Virus record (IMG/VR): IMGVR_UViG_2061766007_000215
From: an uncultured virus (IMG/VR IMGVR_UViG_2061766007_000215)
Taxonomy: Duplodnaviria > Heunggongvirae > Uroviricota > Caudoviricetes
Strand: one strand, 5' to 3'
Length of the DNA stretch: 62,072 bases
Under the pieces are notes generated by a model that saw only the letters and a program-made list of their open reading frames with translations, searched no databases and was not told the origin of the DNA. The translations under genes and the position numbers were made by a program. Position 1 is the first letter of the stretch, and the number at the start of each line of letters is the position of its first letter. Below, piece by piece: positions 47,150 through 56,960 of the stretch.

Positions 47150-47719
47150 TCAATATCCATATTGTTGCGCCCAATAAAATGTTCCATCTTCTTCATAAAT
47201 AGATATTGCCATTTTATCAAATTCATCATAAAGTATATTGTCTTTATGTGTTGGACTATTCATCCATGCTTCTACACAATCATTAGCGTTATTAAATCCA
47301 TAGGCTAAATTTTCTCCACCTTGGATTTTACTATTAACTGTATACCATTGTTGTCCATTAGGTCTAGTATGAGAAAAATTTTGTGAACATTCTTTTGCTC
47401 TAACACTTGCAACTGTTTCAAGGTTTTTATCCCAAGAAAGTGTATCAAGTCCTGCTTTTGCCCTAATTTCATTAACTTCATTAAAGGCTTCTAATGCCTC
47501 TGCTCTAAGCCCCGTATCAGTAGCAGATTCAGCAAGAGCAATAGCCTCATTATCAAGATAATGATATTGTTCTGCTCTAATATCTGTACTTGACCTAATT
47601 GCGCTTATATCATCTACTCTTCCACAACTTACAAAAGATGTACAAGATATAAGAACTACTATTATTATACCTATAATCATAATAGTTGAGTAAATACGCA
47701 TCTTAAACATATCTTTCAT
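47150..47719 (-). CDS. CAP/SCP-domain exported protein
   Basis: NEIRAKAGL..L...FSHTRP.G...GENLA...WMNSPTHKDNIL; hydrophobic N-terminus. Confidence 0.85.
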   Translation of the reverse strand: MKDMFKMRIYSTIMIIGIIIVVLISCTSFVSCGRVDDISAIRSSTDIRAEQYHYLDNEAIALAESATDTGLRAEALEAFNEVNEIRAKAGLDTLSWDKNLETVASVRAKECSQNFSHTRPNGQQWYTVNSKIQGGENLAYGFNNANDCVEAWMNSPTHKDNILYDEFDKMAISIYEEDGTFYWAQQYGY

Positions 47720-47732
47720 ATTATTTCTCCTT

Positions 47733-48755
47733 TTACTCAAATTTCTTTACTATAGTATAGTTTTTAAGTATTTCTTCTTGTTCCTCTGATTGTACCCATT
47801 CATCGTTTTCATTCTTTTTACGCTTATGTTGAGTATTAAATACGGCTTTTATTATATCCCCACTATCACAAGGATTTAAATTATAAGCACTACGTTTTAC
47901 TTTATTTTGAAAATATTCACCTGTAGATGGGTGGTATATAGTAATAAACTTAGTACCATATTTATTTGTTTCAATGTTCCCAACTACATAAATATTGTCG
48001 GGGATTGTATTATCTATTCTATCTGTATAACCTAGTATACCCATTTCATTTGATATACGTTCTATATTAGTTATCGGTTCATATGGTGTTTTATTACATA
48101 TTACTTCAATTACATTAGGCATATTAATACCGTTAATTGTCTTTTCTGTGACTTTTTCAATGTAAGGCTTAATATCCTCTAATGTAATTCCAAAAACGTC
48201 TAATTCAGCCGATTTAAGAGTTTTACGCTTATATAATGATATAAATATATTAAAGTTGTTTAAAAGATAATTTATATCTCCAAATTCTCTAAAGAAATCT
48301 ATCTTAATAAGTTTTTCTATTTCATTCTTCTGTGCAAGTTTTTTTGTAAATATATCAAATAATAATTCTGTAAAGTTAGAATATATTTTATCTCTTAAAA
48401 AGGTATATAGATTATTTCCACATAATACGCCTATATTTTTAATTGAACCTATACCTTTGTATATTATCTTATTATCAGTATCACAACTATATTTACTTGT
48501 GGAATGTCTAAATACAGGTGGCTCTATTTTAATGTTAAAATATTTACACTCATTAGTTAAGCGTTCTGATTTAGCCCCATCATCACTATAAAGATTAAAT
48601 ACTACTGTATAATATTCTACAGGATAATTAGCCTTTAAATAAGCACAATATAAACAATCTAAAGCAGTTGCTAATCCGTGAGGTGAATTAAAAGAATAAG
48701 ACATATTACTTTGCATATCAGCCCACGACTCATCAAACCCATCATAACTACCTGT
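47733..48755 (-). CDS. dnaE: DNA polymerase III alpha, C-terminal fragment
   Basis: YSFNSPH...YLKANYPVEYY, GIGSIKNIG. Confidence 0.85.
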   Translation of the reverse strand, partial: TGSYDGFDESWADMQSNMSYSFNSPHGLATALDCLYCAYLKANYPVEYYTVVFNLYSDDGAKSERLTNECKYFNIKIEPPVFRHSTSKYSCDTDNKIIYKGIGSIKNIGVLCGNNLYTFLRDKIYSNFTELLFDIFTKKLAQKNEIEKLIKIDFFREFGDINYLLNNFNIFISLYKRKTLKSAELDVFGITLEDIKPYIEKVTEKTINGINMPNVIEVICNKTPYEPITNIERISNEMGILGYTDRIDNTIPDNIYVVGNIETNKYGTKFITIYHPSTGEYFQNKVKRSAYNLNPCDSGDIIKAVFNTQHKRKKNENDEWVQSEEQEEILKNYTIVKKFE

Positions 48756-48765
48756 NNNNNNNNNN

Positions 48766-49977
48766 AACTCCTAACCACTCAAAATATTTCATAATATTTT
48801 CTTGAAATATACATCTATTATAAGTGTTTTTAAAGAGTTCATCAAGATATTTAGACCCTGTAGAATAAGGTTTTCTATCTATAAAATCATCACGTAAACT
48901 TTCAAACGATGGTCTTATAGATGCTACAAACATTGTAAGTTCCTCTAATGTTCTAGGCTTAAACTTAGTAAGTAATTCTGTAGCCCAAGAACCATCTACT
49001 TGATTTAGTGTACAAGTTAGACCATTATCAAAAAGTTCCCATACATTTTCGTCTATATTATTTAAGACTTCTTTTATTGTCATAATGGGTCGGTTTATCA
49101 TTTTAAAAACTTTATCTATAATATCCCATACAGTAACAATAAGATAATCGTTTTTAAGATATTTCCAAGTATCTGCTTCATTTGAAGTTATCATAGTACA
49201 TATGTTTTCACCTATTCTAACTACACCAAGTTCTTCTCTAATATCACCATTAAGAAGTAAATGAGCGCAAGGGTGAACAGATGCAGACACTATAGTTCCA
49301 ACATATTTTTTTGCTTCTGTAATTAAATCTTTCCATTCTAAAGTATTTTCATATGATTCTACAGATTTAGCCACTTCATTATAACTGTCATATTCTAAAT
49401 TATGTGAACGGCAAATATTTCTAAATGCTTCTGATATTTTCATAGNNNNNNNNNNCACTTCAATTACATTAAGCATATTAATACCGCTGATTGTCTTTTC
49501 TGTGGCTTTTTCAATATAAGGCTTAATATCCTCTAATGTAATTCCAAAAACGTCTAATTCGGACGTTTTGAGCGTTTTACGCTTATATAATGATATAAAA
49601 ACATAAAAACTGTTTAAAAGATAATTAATATCACCAAATTCTCTGAAATAATCTATTTTGATAAGTTTTTCTAATTCGTTTTTCTGTGCAAGTTTGTTTG
49701 TAAATATATCGAACAACAGTTCAATAAAGTTAGAATATATTTTATCTTTTAATGTGTATAGATTATTACCGCAATTAGTTCCTATGTTTTTAATTGAACC
49801 TATGCCTTTATAAATTATTTTATTATCGGGGTCACAACTATATTCGCTAGTAGAATGTCTAAATATAGGTGATTCTATTTTGATGTTAAAATACTTACAT
49901 TCATTAGTTAAACGTTCTGATTTAACTCCATCATCACTATAAAGATTAAATACTACTGTATAATATTCTACAGGATA
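48766..49977 (-). CDS. dnaE: DNA polymerase III alpha fragments joined across gaps
   Basis: Duplicates of middle and C-terminal regions of the other copies. Confidence 0.75.
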
Positions 49978-49987
49978 NNNNNNNNNN

Positions 49988-50320
49988 AATATTATTAGCA
50001 ATCTTTTCACTTGAAGTGCAATCCATAAGTATTTCAAATGATTCAGCCCTTGTAAGTGTTTTAAAGTCAAGACCTGCCATTGATGGTACACTAATAATAC
50101 GAACGCAAGAACCATATTTAGGGTCGCAAGATATTTCTTCAACCTCTAATTCATAATCTTTACCTTCTACAATATAACTATCTTCACCCTTAGATGAAAA
50201 CGTCATATAAGGGGATAATTTAAGTCTTTCATATCCACTTATACCCGACCACGAAAATATACGAAAATCCCCGTTTGAAAAATTACATCTTAAACATTTT
50301 GCTCTTACTTTAAATGACAT
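49988..50320 (-). CDS. RecD2-like N-terminus, second allele (truncated)
   Basis: Near-identical to 46458-47072. Confidence 0.7.
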
Positions 50321-50346
50321 AATAAAAAATCTCCTTTGTTACAACT

Positions 50347-50375
50347 ATTATATCATAACAAAGGAGAAATGTCAA
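50347..50375 (-). promoter_or_regulatory. consensus sigmaA promoter
   Basis: TTGACA-17-TATAAT inside an inverted repeat. Confidence 0.8.
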
Positions 50376-50391
50376 GGGTTTTATTTAATTA

Positions 50392-50931
50392 TTATTCACC
50401 ATAATTAAATTGTTCTGACCAATAATAAGTTCCATCTTCTTCATAGATAGATATAGCGGCTTTTTCAAATTCATCATATAAAATATTATCCTTATGACTA
50501 GGGCTATTCATCCATGCTTCTACTACATCTTCTGCATTATCAAAGCCATAAGCAAGATTTTCACCACCTTGAATTTTACTATTAACAGTATACCAAGGTT
50601 GTCCACTAGGTCTAGTATGTGAAAACTTTTCAGAACACTCTTTTGCTCTAACACTTGCAACGGATTCAAGATTTATATCCCAAGTAAGTTCATCAAGTTC
50701 TGCTTTTGCACGTTCTTCATTAACAAGATTGCTTGCTTCTATTGCAACGGCTCTAAGCCCACTATCGTTAGCAGACTCAGCAAGGGCTATTGCCTCATCA
50801 TCAAGATAATGATACTGTTCTGCTCTAATATCAGCAGATGACCTTATTGCCGAATTATGGTCAATTCCTTTACAACTAGTTAACATAATAGCAGATAAGG
50901 TAATTATTGAAAATATTTTAATTTTATTCAT
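50392..50931 (-). CDS. CAP/SCP-domain lipoprotein, second allele
   Basis: Lipobox LTSC plus CAP motifs. Confidence 0.85.
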   Translation of the reverse strand: MNKIKIFSIITLSAIMLTSCKGIDHNSAIRSSADIRAEQYHYLDDEAIALAESANDSGLRAVAIEASNLVNEERAKAELDELTWDINLESVASVRAKECSEKFSHTRPSGQPWYTVNSKIQGGENLAYGFDNAEDVVEAWMNSPSHKDNILYDEFEKAAISIYEEDGTYYWSEQFNYGE

Positions 50932-50943
50932 ATTATCACTCCT

Positions 50944-53900
50944 TTACTCAAATTTATTTACTATAGTATAGTTTTTAAGTATTTCTTCTTGTTCCTCTGA
51001 TTGTACNNNNNNNNNNNNNNNNNNNNNNNNNNNNNNNNNNNNNNNNNNNNNNNNNNNNNNNNNNNNNNNNNNNNNNNNNNNNNNNNNNNNNNNNNNNNNN
51101 NNNNNNNNNNNNNNNNNNNNNNNNNNNNNNNNNNNNNNNNNNNNNNNNNNNNNNNNNNNNNNNNNNNNNNNNNNNNNNNNNNNNNNNNNNNNNNNNNNNN
51201 NNNNNNNNNNNNNNNNNNNNNNNNNNNNNNNNNNNNNNNNNNNNNNNNNNNNNNNNNNNNNNNNNNNNNNNNNNNNNNNNNNNNNNNNNNNNNNNNNNNN
51301 NNNNNNNNNNNNNNNNNNNNNNNNNNNNNNNNNNNNNNNNNNNNNNNNNNNNNNNNNNNNNNNNNNNNNNNNNNNNNNNNNNNNNNNNNNNNNNNNNNNN
51401 NNNNNNNNNNNNNNNNNNNNNNNNNNNNNNNNNNNNNNNNNNNNNNNNNNNNNNNNNNNNNNNNNNNNNNNNNNNNNNNNNNNNNNNNNNNNNNNNNNNN
51501 NNNNNNNNNNNNNNNNNNNNNNNNNNNNNNNNNNNNNNNNNNNNNNNNNNNNNNNNNNNNNNNNNNNNNNNNNNNNNNNNNNNNNNNNNNNNNNNNNNNN
51601 NNNNNNNNNNNNNNNNNNNNNNNNNNNNNNNNNNNNNNNNNNNNNNNNNNNNNNNNNNNNNNNNNNNNNNNNNNNNNNNNNNNNNNNNNNNNNNNNNNNN
51701 NNNNNNNNNNNNNNNNNNNNNNNNNNNNNNNNNNNNNNNNNNNNNNNNNNNNNNNNNNNNNNNNNNNNNNNNNNNNNNNNNNNNNNNNNNNNNNNNNNNN
51801 NNNNNNNNNNNNNNNNNNNNNNNNNNNNNNNNNNNNNNNNNNNNNNNNNNNNNNNNNNNNNNNNNNNNNNNNNNNNNNNATTTTCTCTCCAATGTTCTTT
51901 TAAACGTTCTTCTAGTTTATCGAAATCTTCTTTGTGTATCTTTTTCTTTGAAATCTTTTTAATAAGACCTATAGATTCAGCAGGTGTGACTCCCAACCAC
52001 TCAAAATATTTCATAATATTTTCTTGGAATACACACCTATTATAAGTATTTTTAAAAAGTTCATCAAGATATTTTGAACCTGTAGAATAAGGTTTTCTGT
52101 CTATGAAATCATCACGTAAACTTTCAAATGATGGTCTTATAGATGCTACAAACATTGTAAGTTCTTCTAATGTTCTAGGTTTAAATTTAGTAAGTAATTC
52201 TGTAGCCCATTGACCATCAACTTGATTAAGAGTACAGGTTAAACCATTATCAAAAAGTTTCCATACATTTTCGTCTATATTATTTAAGACTTCTTTTATT
52301 GTCATAATGGGTCGGTTTATCATTTTAAAAACCTTATCTATAATATCCCATACAGTAACAATAAGATAATCATTTTTAAGATATTTCCAAGTATCTGCTT
52401 CGTTTGAAGTTATCATAGTACATATATTTTCACCTATTCTAACTACACCAAGTTCTTCTCTAATGTCACCATTAAGAAGTAAATGAGCGCAAGGGTGAAC
52501 TGACGCAGACACTATAGTTCCAACATATTTTTTTGCTTCTGCAATTAAATCTTTCCATTCCAAATTATTTTCATATGATTCTACAGATTTAGCCACTTCA
52601 TTATAACTATCATATGGTAAATTATGTGAACGGCAAATATTTCTAAATGCTTCTGATATTTTCATAGTACCATAAGCAACCATAGGATAACAACCATATT
52701 CACCTAATAAATCTCTTGTGGCTTTTACAAATGGTTCTTGTGCTGATATATTCATATCAATATCGGGCATAGCCTTATTTTCAAGAAGTCTTGCCGTTGA
52801 CATAAACCTATCACTATACATAGGTAAATCAACTGTAAGCCTGTCTATTTGAGTTATACCTAATATTTTATTTATTAAAAAACTACCACAACTACCACGA
52901 CCTGTACGTGTTAACACTCCACCATACTCATTAACGGCTTTATCAATAACATTTACGTTAAGTAAAAAATAATCGGGAGTATGTATTTCGTCTTTTGTAT
53001 CATAAATAACTTGTAATTCTTTCTTACACTCTTCTATATATTCGTCACGTTTATCTAATGGTACATTATCTCTATCCATTACTTTTTCAAAGTTATCATT
53101 AAGATAATCTACTAATATCTGATATTTTTCCTCATCTGTCTTGTTAGGATAAATTGTAGGCATTTTAATATCAGTATTAATATCTATATTTTCAACTTTG
53201 TCAAAGATAATAGTATTATTAATAGCCTTAATTACCTGCTCTTCTGTAAGGACACCTTGTATAATAAATCTCTCAACCATAGTATCATAGTCGGGATAAT
53301 CTAATACAAAACTATCTTCATCATCATATGTAATTCCTTTACCTTTAAGTAATTCAAGTCTTTCACTAGATTGTTCGGGATAAATATAATGAGAATCGTT
53401 AGCGGCTATTAATTCAAGCCCATATTGTTCTTGACACCAAAGAGCCTTTTCGTTAATTTCTTTTTGAATATCAAAATTATGATTTTGTACTTCAAGAAAA
53501 ACATTTTTACCAAAATGTTCTATAAGAGGTAAAAATATTTCATTATAACTATCACTATCTTTTAATAAACCTGCTACACAAGCAGTTGTAATATATATTT
53601 CATCTTTTCCAATTTTAAGTAAGTCATCTAAAAATAAACGTGGCTTATAATAATACCCTTCTATATTTGCGTGAGAACTAGCAAGGTTGAGTTTCTTCCT
53701 TGCTATGTTTGTTTTTGGTATTAAAATTATATGATAATTACGTGGGTCTTTTTCTAATGGATTAGGTACAATATAACCTTCTATACCAAATTTAACGTTT
53801 AACCCATTAGCGTCTGCAAGTTGTTTTGCTTCAAATATATCTCCACCACTACCGTGATTAGTAGTCCATACATTAGATTCTCCTAATTCTAATGCACGAT

Positions 53901-53988
53901 TTACATAATCAATAAAGTGTGCGTTTGTATCGGGAGTAAATATATTACTTATATGGTCGTGTTTATGATAATTATTGTATCTTTTCAT
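50944..53988 (-). CDS. dnaE: DNA polymerase III alpha subunit (gap inside)
   Basis: PHP domain NYHKH...TNHG...NDSHY, GRGS, MPDIDMN catalytic motif. Confidence 0.92.
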   Translation of the reverse strand: MKRYNNYHKHDHISNIFTPDTNAHFIDYVNRALELGESNVWTTNHGSGGDIFEAKQLADANGLNVKFGIEGYIVPNPLEKDPRNYHIILIPKTNIARKKLNLASSHANIEGYYYKPRLFLDDLLKIGKDEIYITTACVAGLLKDSDSYNEIFLPLIEHFGKNVFLEVQNHNFDIQKEINEKALWCQEQYGLELIAANDSHYIYPEQSSERLELLKGKGITYDDEDSFVLDYPDYDTMVERFIIQGVLTEEQVIKAINNTIIFDKVENIDINTDIKMPTIYPNKTDEEKYQILVDYLNDNFEKVMDRDNVPLDKRDEYIEECKKELQVIYDTKDEIHTPDYFLLNVNVIDKAVNEYGGVLTRTGRGSCGSFLINKILGITQIDRLTVDLPMYSDRFMSTARLLENKAMPDIDMNISAQEPFVKATRDLLGEYGCYPMVAYGTMKISEAFRNICRSHNLPYDSYNEVAKSVESYENNLEWKDLIAEAKKYVGTIVSASVHPCAHLLLNGDIREELGVVRIGENICTMITSNEADTWKYLKNDYLIVTVWDIIDKVFKMINRPIMTIKEVLNNIDENVWKLFDNGLTCTLNQVDGQWATELLTKFKPRTLEELTMFVASIRPSFESLRDDFIDRKPYSTGSKYLDELFKNTYNRCVFQENIMKYFEWLGVTPAESIGLIKKISKKKIHKEDFDKLEERLKEHWRENXXXXXXXXXXXXXXXXXXXXXXXXXXXXXXXXXXXXXXXXXXXXXXXXXXXXXXXXXXXXXXXXXXXXXXXXXXXXXXXXXXXXXXXXXXXXXXXXXXXXXXXXXXXXXXXXXXXXXXXXXXXXXXXXXXXXXXXXXXXXXXXXXXXXXXXXXXXXXXXXXXXXXXXXXXXXXXXXXXXXXXXXXXXXXXXXXXXXXXXXXXXXXXXXXXXXXXXXXXXXXXXXXXXXXXXXXXXXXXXXXXXXXXXXXXXXXXXXXXXXXXXXXXXXXXXXXXXXXXXXXXXXXXXXXXXVQSEEQEEILKNYTIVNKFE

Positions 53989-54558
53989 TTATATAATCCT
54001 TTGAAAATCTTCTATTCTCTCGTTATCTTTTAAATATCTCCACCAATGATTATATGAATACTTTCTTCTGCCTTTACATACGTCACAAATGTGTTTATGA
54101 GCATTTTTATTATTGAAATATTTATCAATATCATATTGAGTTTCAAAAACTCCAATATCTTGATGTGTATGTAAATCACACATAACTACGGCTACTTTAT
54201 GATTTATAGGTCTGTCATAAGGATTTCTATTCTTCATTTGAGTTGATAAATTAGCCCATCTTAAATTGTCTGCTCTGTTATTTAAAGCGTTTATATCTAT
54301 ATGGTCTATTGTCGGTAAATTATCGGGATTAGGAATAAAGGCTTCTGCAACTAATTTATGTACTTGTATAAGTTTATAATTTGAATCCTTATCGTATAAT
54401 CCTACGTAAGCCCGTTGATATAATGTGCCATCTTTTCTTTTACGAGAATTTATATTCCATTTTAATATCTTTTTATTATTAATACTATAAATATTTCCAT
54501 AATTGGAAACTTTATACCTACCCTCATATCCTTCAATGTCTTTCCAAATTTCTTTCAT
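53989..54558 (-). CDS. NUMOD4-HNH homing endonuclease
   Basis: EIWKDIEGYEGRYKVSNYG; VHKLVAEAFIPNP...IDHID....NN...NLRW. Confidence 0.9.
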   Translation of the reverse strand: MKEIWKDIEGYEGRYKVSNYGNIYSINNKKILKWNINSRKRKDGTLYQRAYVGLYDKDSNYKLIQVHKLVAEAFIPNPDNLPTIDHIDINALNNRADNLRWANLSTQMKNRNPYDRPINHKVAVVMCDLHTHQDIGVFETQYDIDKYFNNKNAHKHICDVCKGRRKYSYNHWWRYLKDNERIEDFQRII

Positions 54559-54567
54559 ATGACCACC

Positions 54568-55023
54568 TTATAGTTTTATTTTAATGCTTATATCTTTTAA
54601 ATCATTAAGTCTGATAATATATCCTAAAGCAAAATCACCCATATCCACCAACTTCAAATTGTATTGGTGTTCTAATACCCATTCTCTTAATTCCTGTGTA
54701 TTAAAGATATATAGAATATTAGTATTTATTAAATAATAAAATATATAATCTGCTTCGGTTTTTTCAAAACAACCTAATGTGTAAAACCTTTTATCTGAAT
54801 ATATTTCATAAACCATATTACCTGTTCTATCGGCAATCCTATCTGTTTTAACTTCTATCTTATTGATTCCATCATTTGTAATTTGAAGAAAATCTATATC
54901 AAATTGCTGAAACCATTTATCCTTTGAAACATCAATAAGATTAATAGTTGAAGAATGATTTGATAGATAATTATATATTATATATTCTCCTTTATTCCCG
55001 ACTTGAACATCTGAATTAAACAT
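54568..55023 (-). CDS. PD-(D/E)XK nuclease-fold protein
   Basis: G..GE...IDF...IEVKTD...GN..YE...ADYIFY. Confidence 0.65.
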   Translation of the reverse strand: MFNSDVQVGNKGEYIIYNYLSNHSSTINLIDVSKDKWFQQFDIDFLQITNDGINKIEVKTDRIADRTGNMVYEIYSDKRFYTLGCFEKTEADYIFYYLINTNILYIFNTQELREWVLEHQYNLKLVDMGDFALGYIIRLNDLKDISIKIKL

Positions 55024-55466
55024 TACATATATTCCTTAAATTCATCTTCTATTAATTGCCACTCATTATTAGGCACACCACCGCATAATGCCTTTTCATA
55101 AAGATTATATAAGCATATCTGTAAATATATATCATCGTGCCAAAGAACTTGATTATCTATAATAACAGAATTATTATATTTGTCACGAAAATATAAATTT
55201 CCTTTTCTAATATTTTCACAAAAGTTTAAATAAGATTTCTCAGTAACTTTATATCCACGTTTATTCATTTCTTTTAATATCATATTAGTGTATTCTATAA
55301 AATGAATAGTTGGATAATTTAATACTTCATTTACAAGTATATGATTAGGAGTGCCGTTATCTGCTATATTTTTAGCAATACAACAACACTCACGCCATTG
55401 TGCAACTAATTGTTTTTGAGGTAAATATGGAATAAGTTTATAATGCCAAAGTCTTATGATAATCAC
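55023..55466 (-). CDS. pyrimidine-dimer DNA glycosylase (DenV/endonuclease V-like)
   Basis: RLWH..LIPYLP.KQL.AQWRECC...EM.KRGY. Confidence 0.75.
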   Translation of the reverse strand: MIIIRLWHYKLIPYLPQKQLVAQWRECCCIAKNIADNGTPNHILVNEVLNYPTIHFIEYTNMILKEMNKRGYKVTEKSYLNFCENIRKGNLYFRDKYNNSVIIDNQVLWHDDIYLQICLYNLYEKALCGGVPNNEWQLIEDEFKEYM

Positions 55467-55488
55467 CTGCTTTCAAATTGATAATTAT

Positions 55489-55517
55489 ATTATATCATAT
55501 TAATTATCATTTGTCAA
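55489..55517 (-). promoter_or_regulatory. consensus sigmaA promoter
   Basis: TTGACA-17-TATAAT. Confidence 0.8.
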
Positions 55518-55608
55518 GGTGTTATCTTTATCTTCTTTTTCGCATATTCCACTAATATACATAGTATCTTTAAAATATATTTTAACTTCTTCCCCTATNN
55601 NNNNNNNN

Positions 55609-56148
55609 TTATAATGAACTTCCTGTATCATATATCTCTACAACCAATGTATCTGATACTGATAGTGCGATATTTACAGTAGAGGGTGTTATTAAGGATA
55701 TTGTAGATGAATATGATAACAATGGTGGTACAACGGGTAGATACCTTATTGACCTTGTAGTTCCTAACTTCTTTGGTGTTGATGTATTCAATTTTGTAAT
55801 GCTCGACAAGTGGAATAACAACATTGATGGTGAGGAAGTAGAATTTACTAAGGAAATGTTCTATAATGCTAATAATGCAGAAAATTCATTCTGCAAGGCA
55901 GGAGATACAGTTAAACTTAGTGGTGATATTGAAGGTCATTCATTTGGTTCAGTTGCTACAGTATCAGATGCTAAAAAGACATTTGGTGGTGGTGCTAAGT
56001 CTGTTAGGTCGGGATTTACACGTATTGAGTGGACAGTTAAGAGTGGTGATTTTGTAGAAGATTCTGAGCAGTATGATTTAGATATTATTAAAAAGGCTCT
56101 TGAAGAGCGTGAAATTACTCTTGATAATCATTATAAGCAGAGGCTTGA
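55609..56148 (+). CDS. putative single-stranded DNA-binding protein fragment
   Basis: AIFTVEGVI...TGRYLI...GDTVKLSGDI...FG, OB-like; second allele at 56456-56960; function inferred. Confidence 0.45.
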
Positions 56149-56455
56149 NNNNNNNNNNTACTTTTATTCTTATAATTGCATCTACATAATTATCCATATT
56201 CTACCTCACACACTAGCCCTAATTTGAATAACCTTTCTCCAATAAGGTTCATACTCTTTTAATTTATTTTCTATCATTTCATCAAATTCATAATTATCAA
56301 GTTTTTCATATTCTTCATCATCTTCATATTTGTTATACATATCTTCTTCAAACTCATCTCTATCAATATAAGTCTTTTCTTCATCTATATCCTGCTCACA
56401 ATCAAGTATTTCACCTATACCAAATCTAATTTCGGGTGCATACCANNNNNNNNNN

Positions 56456-56960
56456 ATGAAGGTCTTATTCCTAAAGTAGAAGGTAAGATTACATTTGTAG
56501 ACGTTAATAAGAATATTACTAATACAGATGAATTTAAGAGAACCGCAGAACCTACAAGAGTTAAGGTTAGTTCAAAACTTTCTCTTAATGAGGCTCTTAA
56601 TAAAGACCAAAGCGACCTTGTATTCTATAATGAACTTCCTGTATCATATATCTCTACAACTAATGTATCTGATACTGATAGTGCTATCTTTACAGTAGAA
56701 GGTGTTATTAAGGATATTGTAGATGAATATGATAATAACGGTGGCACAACAGGTAGATACCTTATTGACCTTGTAGTTCCTAATTTCTTTGGTGTTGATG
56801 TATTCAATTTTGTAATGCTTGACAAGTGGAATAATAACATTGATGGTGAGGAAGTAGAGTTTACTAAGGAAATGTTCTATAATGCCAATGATACAGAAAA
56901 CTCATTCTGTAAGGCAGGAGATACAGTTAAACTTAGTGGTGATATTGAAGGTCATTCATT
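56456..56960 (+). CDS. putative SSB fragment, second allele
   Basis: Overlaps in sequence with 55609-55940. Confidence 0.45.

Noticed and set aside
47733..50142. Split or permuted dnaE, or an intein
   Set aside because: The fragments are gap-bounded duplicates; no intein or intron motifs are seen in the sequenced parts.
32612..50931. Large tandem duplication of the replication module
   Set aside because: Every copy boundary coincides with an N-gap and the copies differ like strain alleles; co-scaffolded haplotypes are the simpler explanation.
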